Shown in pieces: positions 29,930-39,244 of a DNA stretch of 64,000 bases. A model generated the notes under the pieces. The model saw only the letters and a list, made by a program, of their open reading frames with translations, was not told the DNA's origin and did not search any database. This stretch comes from Alphaproteobacteria bacterium (GTDB taxonomy: Bacteria > Pseudomonadota > Alphaproteobacteria > RF32 > CAG-239). Where the stretch lies: contig SUUJ01000002.1 of NCBI GenBank assembly GCA_015062585.1, positions 81,263 through 145,262 on the forward strand, in the 5' to 3' direction. How positions within the stretch are numbered: the stretch's first letter is position 1; each line of letters begins with the position of its first letter. The position numbers and the translations under genes were made by a program.

Positions 29930-31612
29930 ATGACAAATACTGAATTTAAAATCCCTGAAACAAACGAAAACTTTGAAGAATTGTTGAATGAACAATTCGG
30001 TGATAACGGTATTACCGGTTCGGTTGTAAAGGGTACAATTATCCGTTTAACACCTGATTTTGCAACAGTTGATGTTGGTTTGAAATCAGAAGGCCGCATT
30101 CCTCTTCGTGAATTTGGTCAAAACCCTGAAATCAAAGTTGGCGACATCGTAGAAGTATATGTTGATCGTTATGAAGATCGTGACGGCAACATAGTTCTTT
30201 CACGTGAAAAAGCTCGCCGTGAAGAAGCTTGGGTTGATTTGGAAAAATCTTTGAATGCCGGCGAAAGAGTAAACGGTGTTATTTTCGGTCGCGTAAAAGG
30301 TGGTTTCACTGTAGATTTGAACGGTGCTATCGCTTTCTTGCCCGGCTCACAAATCGATATTCGTCCTATTCGCGACATCACACCTTTGATGGGTGTTGTT
30401 CAACCGTTCCAAATTTTGAAAATGGATAAGGTTAGAGGCAACATCGTTGTTTCTCGTCGTGTTGTTTTGGAAGAAACCAGAGCCGAAGCTCGCGCTGAAT
30501 TGATTAGCGACCTTAAAGAAGGTTCAATCCTTGAAGGTATTGTTAAAAACATCACTGATTACGGTGCATTTATTGATTTGGGTGGCGTTGACGGTTTGTT
30601 GCATGTTACCGATATTTCTTGGCGTCGTATCAATCACCCGGCAGAAGTTTTGTCTGTTGGTCAAACAATCAAAGTTCAAGTTATCAAATTCAATGAAGAC
30701 AACCAACGCATCAGCTTGGGTATGAAACAACTTGAATCTGATCCTTGGGCCAAAGTTGAAGGCAAATACAATGTTGGTGATGTATATACCGGTAAAGTTA
30801 CAAATATCACTGATTACGGTGCATTTGTTGAACTCGAAAACGGTATCGAAGGTTTGGTCCATGTTTCAGAAATGAGTTGGACACGCAAAAATGTACACCC
30901 GGGCAAAATCGTTTCTACTTCTCAAGAAGTCGAAGTTAAGGTTTTGGAAGTTGATGCTGACAAACGCCGTATCAGCTTGGGTATCAAACAATGCACACCA
31001 AATCCTTGGGCTGCATACATTGAAGAACACGCTGTCGGTTCTGTTATTCAAGGCAAAATCAAAAACATTACCGAATTTGGTTTGTTTGTAGGATTGTCTG
31101 ACGAAATCGACGGTATGATTCACTTGTCTGATATCTCTTGGGATAAAGCCGGTGAAGAAGCTGTTAAAGAATACAGCAAAGGTCAAGATGTTGAAGCTAA
31201 AATCATTGATGTTGATGTTGAAAAAGAACGCATCAGCTTGGGTATTAAACAATTAACAGAAAATACCGTTGCTGCTGCTTTAGAAAGCATCAAAAAAGGT
31301 GATGTTGTAAAAGCTACCGTTACTTCTGTTGAAGACAAAGTTGTAAATGTTGATGTAAACGGCCTTTCAGCCAGCATCAAAAAAGCTGATTTGTCAAAGG
31401 ACAAAGCTTTGCAAGATACAGCTAACTTCAAAGAAGGTGATGTTGTAGAAGCCAAAGTTACCACAGTTGATAAGAAAAACTCAAAAGTAACTTTGTCAAT
31501 CAAAGCTTTAGAAATCGAAGAAGAAAAGAAAACCTTAGAAGAATATTCTTCTGCTACAGGTAACTCTGCTCTCGGAGATGCTCTTGGCGAAGCCTTGAAG
31601 AAAAACGCTTAA
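29930..31612 (+). CDS. rpsA: 30S ribosomal protein S1
   Basis: Six S1 repeats. ATG at 29930 chosen (MTNTEFKIPE...). The GTG at 29834 in the ORF track is probably upstream read-through. Confidence 0.93.
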   Translation: MTNTEFKIPETNENFEELLNEQFGDNGITGSVVKGTIIRLTPDFATVDVGLKSEGRIPLREFGQNPEIKVGDIVEVYVDRYEDRDGNIVLSREKARREEAWVDLEKSLNAGERVNGVIFGRVKGGFTVDLNGAIAFLPGSQIDIRPIRDITPLMGVVQPFQILKMDKVRGNIVVSRRVVLEETRAEARAELISDLKEGSILEGIVKNITDYGAFIDLGGVDGLLHVTDISWRRINHPAEVLSVGQTIKVQVIKFNEDNQRISLGMKQLESDPWAKVEGKYNVGDVYTGKVTNITDYGAFVELENGIEGLVHVSEMSWTRKNVHPGKIVSTSQEVEVKVLEVDADKRRISLGIKQCTPNPWAAYIEEHAVGSVIQGKIKNITEFGLFVGLSDEIDGMIHLSDISWDKAGEEAVKEYSKGQDVEAKIIDVDVEKERISLGIKQLTENTVAAALESIKKGDVVKATVTSVEDKVVNVDVNGLSASIKKADLSKDKALQDTANFKEGDVVEAKVTTVDKKNSKVTLSIKALEIEEEKKTLEEYSSATGNSALGDALGEALKKNA

Positions 31613-31633
31613 TTTTTAAGTGCTTTTAAGATA

Positions 31634-31670
31634 AAAATAACCCCTCTGTTTTTTAGAGGGGTTATTTTTT
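31634..31670. terminator. Bidirectional rho-independent terminator between rpsA and the convergent repressor gene
   Basis: AAAAATAACCCCTCTGTTTTTTAGAGGGGTTATTTTTT. T/A runs on both sides. Confidence 0.8.
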
Positions 31671-31929
31671 AATCATTATATTTATCAAACAGCATTTTTA
31701 ATTCTTCTATCTTCTTGTCCTTTTCGCTGTCAGAGTTAAATGATTGAGCAACGCAGTGGTGTAAATGTTTTTGTAAAATGTTTGACTCTACAGATTTTAA
31801 GGCTGAACGAACTGCGCGAAGTTGCATTAAAATATCTGTACAATATCTCTTGTCATCAATCATTTTCTTTATGCCTTCAATTTGTCCGGATATACGGTTT
31901 AATCGAGGCAAATTGTCTGAATGGTCCAT
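31669..31929 (-). CDS. CsoR/RcnR/FrmR-family metal-sensing transcriptional repressor (DUF156)
   Basis: 86-aa helical protein with conserved Cys (RYCTDIL) and HLHHC ligand positions. Confidence 0.75.
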   Translation of the reverse strand: MDHSDNLPRLNRISGQIEGIKKMIDDKRYCTDILMQLRAVRSALKSVESNILQKHLHHCVAQSFNSDSEKDKKIEELKMLFDKYND

Positions 31930-31941
31930 TTTATAATCCCT

Positions 31942-32835
31942 TTACAAGCAACAATCTTTACAATTGCTTTCTTTTGTTTCTAATTGAATGTTTGAGTGAT
32001 GCACATCAAAATTTTTTGCTAAAATATTTCTTGCTTTTTCAAGAACTGTAATATCTTCAGATACAATATGGCAATCTAAAGATATATGTTCTTCGTCAAT
32101 ATTCCATACATGAATATGATGAACATCGGAAACATTTTTGATTTTTAACAGGCGCTTTTTTATTTCGTCAATATCAATATTATCCGGAGTTGCATTCATC
32201 AATATTTTAGTGATTTTCGGAAAAGCAACGATTGAGTGAAAAACCATATATCCGGCAATCATCAAGGCGATAATACCATCAACAAAATGCCAATCAAAAT
32301 AAACCACACAAAGGCCTGAGATGATAACCCCTACTGACCCCAAGGCGTCAGCCAAGTTATGTAAAAACAACATTTTCATATTGGCGTTATGATGTGATTC
32401 GTGGTGCGATAATTTGGCGGTTATTCCATCAACAATCAATGCTATTATAGAGATATAAATAATCAACTCGCCATTTATATTTTGCGGTGAAATTATCCTG
32501 TTTATTCCTTCTACAAAAAGGTATAACGCAGATATAAACAGTAGGATAAGGTTAACAAAAGCGCCGATAATCTCCGCGCGCTTAAAACCGAAAGTAAAAT
32601 GTTTATTCGATTTTTTTAGCCCTATTTTATAGGCCAAAACAGCAATCAAAATCGACAAAGCGTCAGAAGTATTGTGCAAAGCATCACCTATTAAGGCAAC
32701 GCTTCCGCCGACAATACCGGCAATCAGTTCCACCACACTCAGCAGAATATTTATGGCAAAAGACCAAGTCAAATAAATGACTGTTTTTGCATTTACCTTG
32801 TGATTATGGTGATGTTCGTGATGGTGCGAATGCAT
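31942..32835 (-). CDS. Cation diffusion facilitator (CzcD/DmeF-like) divalent-metal efflux transporter
   Basis: His-rich N-terminus MHSHHHEHHHNHK, six TM helices, and CDF motifs (SVALIGDALHNTSDALS, HIHVWNIDEEHISLDCHI). The upstream part of ORF 31942..32946 overlaps the small Cys-rich ORF in another frame and is probably not translated. Confidence 0.8.
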   Translation of the reverse strand: MHSHHHEHHHNHKVNAKTVIYLTWSFAINILLSVVELIAGIVGGSVALIGDALHNTSDALSILIAVLAYKIGLKKSNKHFTFGFKRAEIIGAFVNLILLFISALYLFVEGINRIISPQNINGELIIYISIIALIVDGITAKLSHHESHHNANMKMLFLHNLADALGSVGVIISGLCVVYFDWHFVDGIIALMIAGYMVFHSIVAFPKITKILMNATPDNIDIDEIKKRLLKIKNVSDVHHIHVWNIDEEHISLDCHIVSEDITVLEKARNILAKNFDVHHSNIQLETKESNCKDCCL

Positions 32836-32851
32836 AAAAACCTCGCCAAAT

Positions 32852-32977
32852 CTATTTTGATTCTTTTTCTTCACACTGGCATTTTTCGCCACATTTACAG
32901 GTTGTACCGTCGCATTGACAATTGTCACCGCATTGGCAATTTTCACAAGTACATTTTGGGTTTGAACATTTAGCCAT
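32852..32977 (-). CDS. Small Cys-rich metallothionein-like peptide (41 aa)
   Basis: MAKCSNPKCTCENCQCGDNCQCDGTTCKCGEKCQCEEKESK: 13 Cys in 41 residues arranged as CxC/CxxC. GGAGAAAT RBS 4 nt upstream of the ATG. First gene of the putative operon with the CDF and CsoR-like genes. Confidence 0.5.
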   Translation of the reverse strand: MAKCSNPKCTCENCQCGDNCQCDGTTCKCGEKCQCEEKESK

Positions 32978-33089
32978 TGTATTTCTCCTTAATATAAATA
33001 CCCTTACGGGGTATAAGTATAATAGTAAATAAACAAAAGTCAACAAAAAGCTCCCAAAATTTTGAGAGCTTTTTTGTTTTGTTATTTGA

Positions 33090-35525
33090 TTATTTACCTA
33101 AGCAACCATGAGTTTCTTTGGCATATTTGGCATAACATTTATAAAATTTAGCCAAACCCTGTTGTACGGCATTGTTAACGGAACCACGAGGATATTTGCC
33201 GTCCTTATCAGCCTTTCCTGCCTTGATTCCGGTCAAGATTTCGATTCCGTCATCTACCGTATCAACAGCCCAAATATGGAATTTTTCTTCATCTACGGCT
33301 GTACAAATGTCTTCACGAAGCATCAAATCAGCAACATTGGTACGAGGAATAATTACGCCTTGGTCACCGGTTAATCCTTGGTGAACGCACACATCAAAGA
33401 AGCCTTCGATTTTTTCGTTAACACCGCCGATTGGCTGAATTTCGCCAAATTGGTTTATTGAGCCTGTAACCGCGATATTTTGCTTTATCGGGATACCTGA
33501 TATTGCCGATAACAAGCAATAATATTCGGTAGAAGATGCGCTATCTCCGTCAACACCACCGTAAGATTGTTCAAATACAATAGAAGCATTTAATGATAAT
33601 GGGCAGAATTTTGCAAAACGGTTAGCAAGCAAACTTTCCAAAATCAACACACCTTTAGAGTGGATTGGTCCGCTCATTTCAACTTCGCGTTCAATATTTA
33701 CAAACTCACCCTTACCGATTCTGACTTGTGTAGTAATACGAGAAGGTTTTCCAAAGCTGTTACGAGAGAAATTGTAAACAACCAACCCGTTAATTTGTCC
33801 AACTTTTTTGCCTTTAATATCAATGAGTATAGTACCTTTGTCAATTTGCTCAAGCATGGCTTCTTTAATGCGTCCGCCGCGATAAATCTGAGCCTCAATA
33901 GCCTGATCAATATGGTTTTTACCGATATGATTTGACTTAGATTTTCTTGCCCAATAATCAGCTTCGCGCAACAAATCGCCGATAGAAGCAATATGAGCGG
34001 TCAATTTTTCCGAGCTTTCGGCCAAACGTGAAGAATATTCAATAATTTTTGCAACCGCCTGTTTGTTTAGTGAACGCAATTTTTTCTTCTTTGACAATGA
34101 ACCGATAAGTTTAGCATATTCGATTTCGTTTTCTTCGGTTCTATCCATCAAAATACCAAAATCCGCCTCAACCTTGAAGTAATCAGAAAAATCAGGGTCA
34201 CGCTCACTCAAAAGCTCGTAAAGTTCGGCATCACCGGTCAAAATAATCTTAACATTTAATGGTATCGGTTCCGGATCAAGTGAAATTGTAGTAAAAGAAG
34301 TTTCCTCGCTTGGGGCTTCAATTTTGATACATTTAGAAGCAATAGCGCGTTTTAATGAATCCCAAGCAAAAGGTTGCATTAGCATTTTTCTTGCATCAAT
34401 CAACAAGAAGCCACCATTTGCCTGATGAAGAGCGCCGGCTTTAATCAAGCTAAAGTCAGTCAACAATGCACCATATTGTTGGATTCTTTCAACCTTGCCG
34501 ACCAAATTTCCTTGTGTCGGGTGATCAAGATGAATAATCGGAGCGCCGCTATCAGGTTCATTTTTGACAATAACATTTACCTTAAATTTAGCGTATTTAT
34601 CTTCTTCCGGCTGTTTAATTTTTGAAAGCAAAGAACCTAAAGGGTCTTCTGGATCCGGAGTTTGAGTTGTTTCGGAAGACGGCATAAACTCATCAATATT
34701 ATCAATAATATAATGATATATTTTGCGTAAGAACTCATTTACTTGGCGCATTCCCTTATATTCGGCATGCAATTCGTCAATCGGTGCTTTTACCGTATTT
34801 TTCAAGAATTTTACGCGCAATTTATTTATTTCTTCGCGTTGCTTGTCTTCCCAAGCCGGTAAATCATTAGCAGAGTTTTCAATTTCGGCTTGCATTTGAT
34901 TCAAATCTTCAATAAGTTGCTTTTTCTCTTCTTCCGGCAACTCATCAAAGGCTTCCGGACTTAAAACCTCGCCGTTTTTGACCGGAGCAACCACTAAACC
35001 GACAGGCATATGAAGTAAAGAAACGCTTTTGCCTTTAGCTTTTTTTTGCAACAATTTGATATATTTTTCTTTAGATTGTTTATATTTTTCTTGAATAATA
35101 TTAACGCCGGCTTTGTATTCATCGCTTTCAAAAATAGCCGGAATATTGGTAGAAAATCCCTCTATCAGTTTATCAATGTCTTTTGCAAAATTTACAGCTG
35201 TTCCTGCCGGAAAAGATATTGCGCATGGTTTATACGGTTCTTCAAAATTATATACATAAGCCCAATCATCAGGTGTCGGACGACTTTTTGCTTCTTTAGC
35301 CAACACGCGCTTTACCAACGAGCTTTTTCCGGTTCCCTCAGGGCCTAAACAAAAAAGATTATAGCCCTTTGATTGAATGTTAATACCAAGCTCAACCGCC
35401 GCTAAAGCTCTGTCCTGACCCAAGGCAGACAATCTTTCTTCCAATTCGGCAGTAGAAGAAAATGAAAATTTTTGCGGGTCGCATTTGGTATATAATTTAT
35501 CGGACTGTAGTTTGGTAATGCTCAT
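33090..35525 (-). CDS. Lon-like ATP-dependent protease (AAA_32/Lon_2 family with C-terminal S16 Lon protease domain)
   Basis: 811 aa. Walker A GPEGTGKSS, a long helical insert, and a Lon proteolytic domain with catalytic Ser (GGVDGDSAS) and Lys (GGVNEKIEG). Not a classical LonA. Confidence 0.8.
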   Translation of the reverse strand: MSITKLQSDKLYTKCDPQKFSFSSTAELEERLSALGQDRALAAVELGINIQSKGYNLFCLGPEGTGKSSLVKRVLAKEAKSRPTPDDWAYVYNFEEPYKPCAISFPAGTAVNFAKDIDKLIEGFSTNIPAIFESDEYKAGVNIIQEKYKQSKEKYIKLLQKKAKGKSVSLLHMPVGLVVAPVKNGEVLSPEAFDELPEEEKKQLIEDLNQMQAEIENSANDLPAWEDKQREEINKLRVKFLKNTVKAPIDELHAEYKGMRQVNEFLRKIYHYIIDNIDEFMPSSETTQTPDPEDPLGSLLSKIKQPEEDKYAKFKVNVIVKNEPDSGAPIIHLDHPTQGNLVGKVERIQQYGALLTDFSLIKAGALHQANGGFLLIDARKMLMQPFAWDSLKRAIASKCIKIEAPSEETSFTTISLDPEPIPLNVKIILTGDAELYELLSERDPDFSDYFKVEADFGILMDRTEENEIEYAKLIGSLSKKKKLRSLNKQAVAKIIEYSSRLAESSEKLTAHIASIGDLLREADYWARKSKSNHIGKNHIDQAIEAQIYRGGRIKEAMLEQIDKGTILIDIKGKKVGQINGLVVYNFSRNSFGKPSRITTQVRIGKGEFVNIEREVEMSGPIHSKGVLILESLLANRFAKFCPLSLNASIVFEQSYGGVDGDSASSTEYYCLLSAISGIPIKQNIAVTGSINQFGEIQPIGGVNEKIEGFFDVCVHQGLTGDQGVIIPRTNVADLMLREDICTAVDEEKFHIWAVDTVDDGIEILTGIKAGKADKDGKYPRGSVNNAVQQGLAKFYKCYAKYAKETHGCLGK

Positions 35526-35613
35526 AATAAACCTCTGTATATTAAAAATTTAGTAACCTATTTTAGAGTATAAATGTATAAAAGCTAATTTTGAGTAAAG
35601 AAAATACAAATAC

Positions 35614-37014
35614 ATGGAAATTTTACCTATTATATTTTTATCGGTCGTCTTTATATTAACTTTTCTTGTGGTTGTTCATTCTACAAAGAAGATAAGAAGC
35701 ATATTTTTAAAAAAATTGATAAATAAAAGTCTTTGTAATAAACCGATATACTGTTCCTTGCTTGTCGATAATATTTGCTTATATATCTTGAAAAGTAACA
35801 AAAAAAGAAAAAATAAAATAATAAATGCGCTAATAAAAAATGATTTTACATCAGCATTTGAGCAAATTTCAGACAAAAAAATATCAAACAGTCTAAGGCT
35901 GATAGATGGAAAAAAAGTAGAAGAAAGCAATGATATTTTGCATTATTTATTAAGAGCAAAATATTATCTCAAAACAAACAATCAAGACAAGGCCGGAAAA
36001 ATATTACAAAAAATATCAGGCAAAAAAATGTCTCCGGCGCAAAAAATGTATCTGCGATATTTACTTGCACAGGTTGCTGTTTTTGAAGGCGATATGCTTA
36101 CAGCTACCGAAGATTTAAGCACCGTTCTTCGATTTTTTAAGAAAAAAAAGATGTATTTCGAAGAAGCCGAAGCATATTTTTTGTTGGGTACGATTTATCG
36201 TGTCAGCGGCCTTTACGATACATCGGAATTTATGTTGCGAACATCCTGCGAAATATACTCACAACTCAGTTCTGCGCGTGGAGAAGCCGAATCTTTAGGA
36301 ACATTGGGATTGTTAATGAGTGTTCAAAAGAGGTTTGATGAGGCTAAAGACTATTATGCTAAGGCTCTTGAAAAAGCAAAAAATCACAAAAATCTGCAAG
36401 AATTTATAATGTTGCAACAAATAATGACAGAATTTTTAAAAGGCGATTTAAAAACAGCAAATAAAGAAGCAAACACGCTATTGAAAAAAGCAAAAAACAA
36501 TATGGTAAAAGCTTCTGTTAACGATATTTTGTCGCGAATAAGTCTTGCGGAAAAAAAATATTCTGTAGCTGTAAAATATGCCAAAGAATCAGCACACAAG
36601 TTTTTGATAAATAAAAATTATCCGGCCTTTTTTGAAAGCTCATATATATATGCTTCTGCTTTGTTTGAAAACGGCAAATTAGCTGAAAGTGAAAGCGTTT
36701 TAAGAGATTTGATAGAAAAAGAAAAAAAATATTCTTGTTGTTATCATATTGCAAATGTCTATACATTATTAGGATTGGTTTTGTTAAAAAACAAGCAATA
36801 CGATAGAGCCAAGGCTGTTTTTAATCAGGCGCTTTCAAAAGAATTTTACAATGACAGAAAGGTCGGTATAGCTATTGATTATGCCAATTTAGCCATAGTA
36901 GAAAAAAATCAGGGCAACACTGAAGAAGCTTTTAACAATATTCAAAAAGCGCTTGCGCAAGTAAAAGATATTGATGACGAATTATACAACAAAATTAAAT
37001 CGCTAATTGATTAA
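35614..37014 (+). CDS. Membrane-anchored TPR-repeat protein
   Basis: 466 aa with one N-terminal TM and multiple TPR-like helix pairs (AEAYFLLGTIYRVSGLYD..., LGLVLLKNKQYDRAKAVFNQAL). Confidence 0.55.
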   Translation: MEILPIIFLSVVFILTFLVVVHSTKKIRSIFLKKLINKSLCNKPIYCSLLVDNICLYILKSNKKRKNKIINALIKNDFTSAFEQISDKKISNSLRLIDGKKVEESNDILHYLLRAKYYLKTNNQDKAGKILQKISGKKMSPAQKMYLRYLLAQVAVFEGDMLTATEDLSTVLRFFKKKKMYFEEAEAYFLLGTIYRVSGLYDTSEFMLRTSCEIYSQLSSARGEAESLGTLGLLMSVQKRFDEAKDYYAKALEKAKNHKNLQEFIMLQQIMTEFLKGDLKTANKEANTLLKKAKNNMVKASVNDILSRISLAEKKYSVAVKYAKESAHKFLINKNYPAFFESSYIYASALFENGKLAESESVLRDLIEKEKKYSCCYHIANVYTLLGLVLLKNKQYDRAKAVFNQALSKEFYNDRKVGIAIDYANLAIVEKNQGNTEEAFNNIQKALAQVKDIDDELYNKIKSLID

Positions 37015-37769
37015 AAAATGAGATCAAACTTAATGTTTGAGGAACTTTTGCCTTCTTCAATTCTTAAATTATCGATTCCCGTATTGTTAAAGCCCAAAAC
37101 ATAAAAGCTTGGCATGGTAAAAAACTTTAAATAAGAAGATTTGGTCAGAAACACTCTGTTTTTAACCGAAAGTCGAGTTTGCAACATAAATTTTTTCAAA
37201 TGTTTATTCCACGATGGAACCCCAAACTCTCCATACACAACGACAGGACCATCTTGCTTTATGATAAAGTTGCGCAATTGATTAAATATGCGTTTGCGAG
37301 TATCCGATTTGATTTTGCGTAAATCAACTTTTATTATAGTTATAGGATGATTTTTTTCACCTTTTATAAAAGGAGCCGTAATATTATCAGCCAACACAAG
37401 AGAGCCTGTTAAACCAGAATCTTTGGGCAAACTGCTGGATATTTCCAAATTTTCATCAAAAACCAATTCTATCTTCTGCTTACCATCATAGGATTCGGAT
37501 AAAAATATATTTCCCGAAGCGCTGAGGGCTGTATAATTTATAAGAAAGAGCATTATAAAAATCAGCGATATTTTATACTTTTTTACAATAAGCGAATATC
37601 CGAACATTAAAAATGAAAAGACATACAGTTGAAACAAATTGGGAAAAGAAAAGTCAAAATCAAGGTTAATCAAAGACAACAAAGTAAAAAATGTCAAAAC
37701 AACAGAAGTGACATTTAAAAATAAATTTTCGCGAATTTGATGTTTTTTTTGACTTAAGTAACCCATTGT
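37011..37769 (-). CDS. Hypothetical polytopic membrane protein
   Basis: Start moved to the internal Met (MGYLSQKK...) so it does not share its start codon with the divergent gene at 37853. Three or four N-terminal TM helices plus a C-terminal soluble region. Confidence 0.4.
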   Translation of the reverse strand, partial: TMGYLSQKKHQIRENLFLNVTSVVLTFFTLLSLINLDFDFSFPNLFQLYVFSFLMFGYSLIVKKYKISLIFIMLFLINYTALSASGNIFLSESYDGKQKIELVFDENLEISSSLPKDSGLTGSLVLADNITAPFIKGEKNHPITIIKVDLRKIKSDTRKRIFNQLRNFIIKQDGPVVVYGEFGVPSWNKHLKKFMLQTRLSVKNRVFLTKSSYLKFFTMPSFYVLGFNNTGIDNLRIEEGKSSSNIKFDLIF

Positions 37770-37852
37770 TAATTTGTTTGTATTAAGTTTAACATAACTG
37801 ATAGTGTCATTATATGACAAAAAAATAATTTGTAAATGTAAGAAAGCGCACA

Positions 37853-39244
37853 ATGGAAAAAATAGAATTACAAGAGCTCATGCCGGAATTATCAATACGA
37901 TTTAATGATTTTATAGCGTCATTAAACACATATTTCAGCACAGGTGACAATGTCAGAATAATATCTTTTTTGCTTTTATCCTTGGCGATTGCTCTATTTA
38001 TTCTTCTGATGGCAGTTATATTTGTTCGTCATATTATAAGTATTGTCAAAGGAAACAGAACATCTTCCGGTGCGTCCGGTAACGAGTTTAACGACTTTGA
38101 TGATGTTTTTGACCTTGAAGATGAAGATGAATTAGAAAGAGAATTACAAAGAGAACTCGAACTTGCGGCTAATGAACAACAAATGCAAGAAGAGCAAGAG
38201 TTAGAGCACGAATTACGAACAAAAGAGCGTATGGAACGTGATAATATCGAACGCACGGAACGAGAAGAAAAAGAGAAAAAAGAGCGCCAAAAAGAAGCAA
38301 AAAAACGCTTAGAGAATGAAGGATATTATCAAAATAAACAATATAAGGAAGCCGGCATAGATTTAGACTGGAAAATAGGCCAAAAAGTCGAAAAATCTGA
38401 CAATAAGGTTGAAAATATCGAAGCTTTGTCAATGTCTTACAAACAAAGCAGTGTAGAGTTGAACAATCTTATGGGTTTGGCAATTGATATGCTTGGTCGC
38501 GGCGTTGATGAATTAAAAATTGCCCAAACGCTTAATTTCAAAAATCAGGGTATGAGCGATGAAAACGAGATTCTAAAGGCCATCGATTCCTTAAAAGAGT
38601 TTATTAACCTGTCAATTTTGGGAAAATTTGCAAAGCTTGAAGCATACAACGAGCTTCCCAATGAAGACCAAGCCTTGTACCACTTAGCCAATGGCGATCC
38701 GACGCTGGCTTTGGCTTTGTTGGAAAATCTTATGGATAGTCGAATTGATAAGGCAAATATGAGTTCCTCAGAAGAAAAACGCCAACAAATATATGCCGAA
38801 GTTTCTAAATATGCTTGTTGCTTCGGTTCATTAGCCGAAATGAATGATATAATGCTTGCAACTTCATCATACGAACTGGCAATTGAATTGCAATCAACCA
38901 ATGTTGTGGCTTGGGGACGCTTAGGTGATGTTTATAAAAAGGCCAGTTCAATGCCAAAAGCAGTTTGGGCTTATCAAAATGTATTAAATTTTGCCGATTC
39001 TGAAATAGACATAAATCAAATAGCCAATGCCAATAAAAATATATCGGAACAACTATACGCCGAAGGTAACAGCTTACAGGCTGCAAAATTATATAACAGC
39101 TCAAAACAATACTATGATTCTTTGGGTATAAATCGTCGCTTAGATAAAAAAGAAGTAGAAATTATAGAGCTCATCGAAAGCAACAAAGAAACATCTTTGC
39201 CTGAGATGATAAATAAACTTTTAAGTCGAGAAAGAGTTATTTAG
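37853..39244 (+). CDS. Hypothetical TM protein with highly charged coiled-coil and TPR/Sel1-like C-terminus
   Basis: 463 aa. TM at residues 35-57. E/R/K-rich segment (ERELQRELELAANEQQMQEEQELEHELRTKERMERDNIERTEREEKEKKERQKEAKKR). Helical-repeat C-terminus. Confidence 0.45.
   Translation: MEKIELQELMPELSIRFNDFIASLNTYFSTGDNVRIISFLLLSLAIALFILLMAVIFVRHIISIVKGNRTSSGASGNEFNDFDDVFDLEDEDELERELQRELELAANEQQMQEEQELEHELRTKERMERDNIERTEREEKEKKERQKEAKKRLENEGYYQNKQYKEAGIDLDWKIGQKVEKSDNKVENIEALSMSYKQSSVELNNLMGLAIDMLGRGVDELKIAQTLNFKNQGMSDENEILKAIDSLKEFINLSILGKFAKLEAYNELPNEDQALYHLANGDPTLALALLENLMDSRIDKANMSSSEEKRQQIYAEVSKYACCFGSLAEMNDIMLATSSYELAIELQSTNVVAWGRLGDVYKKASSMPKAVWAYQNVLNFADSEIDINQIANANKNISEQLYAEGNSLQAAKLYNSSKQYYDSLGINRRLDKKEVEIIELIESNKETSLPEMINKLLSRERVI

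Noticed and set aside
33090-35525. Lon-like protease as BREX BrxL (phage-defence).
   Set aside because: No pglX/pglZ/brxC-like methyltransferase, phosphatase or large ATPase genes nearby. Neighbours are metal-homeostasis and TPR genes. Kept only as a low-interest finding.
37011-37853. Endonuclease/exonuclease/phosphatase-like motif (VVYGEFGVPSW) in the membrane protein.
   Set aside because: The other EEP catalytic motifs (N-terminal Asn/Glu, C-terminal SDH) are absent. The resemblance is probably fortuitous.
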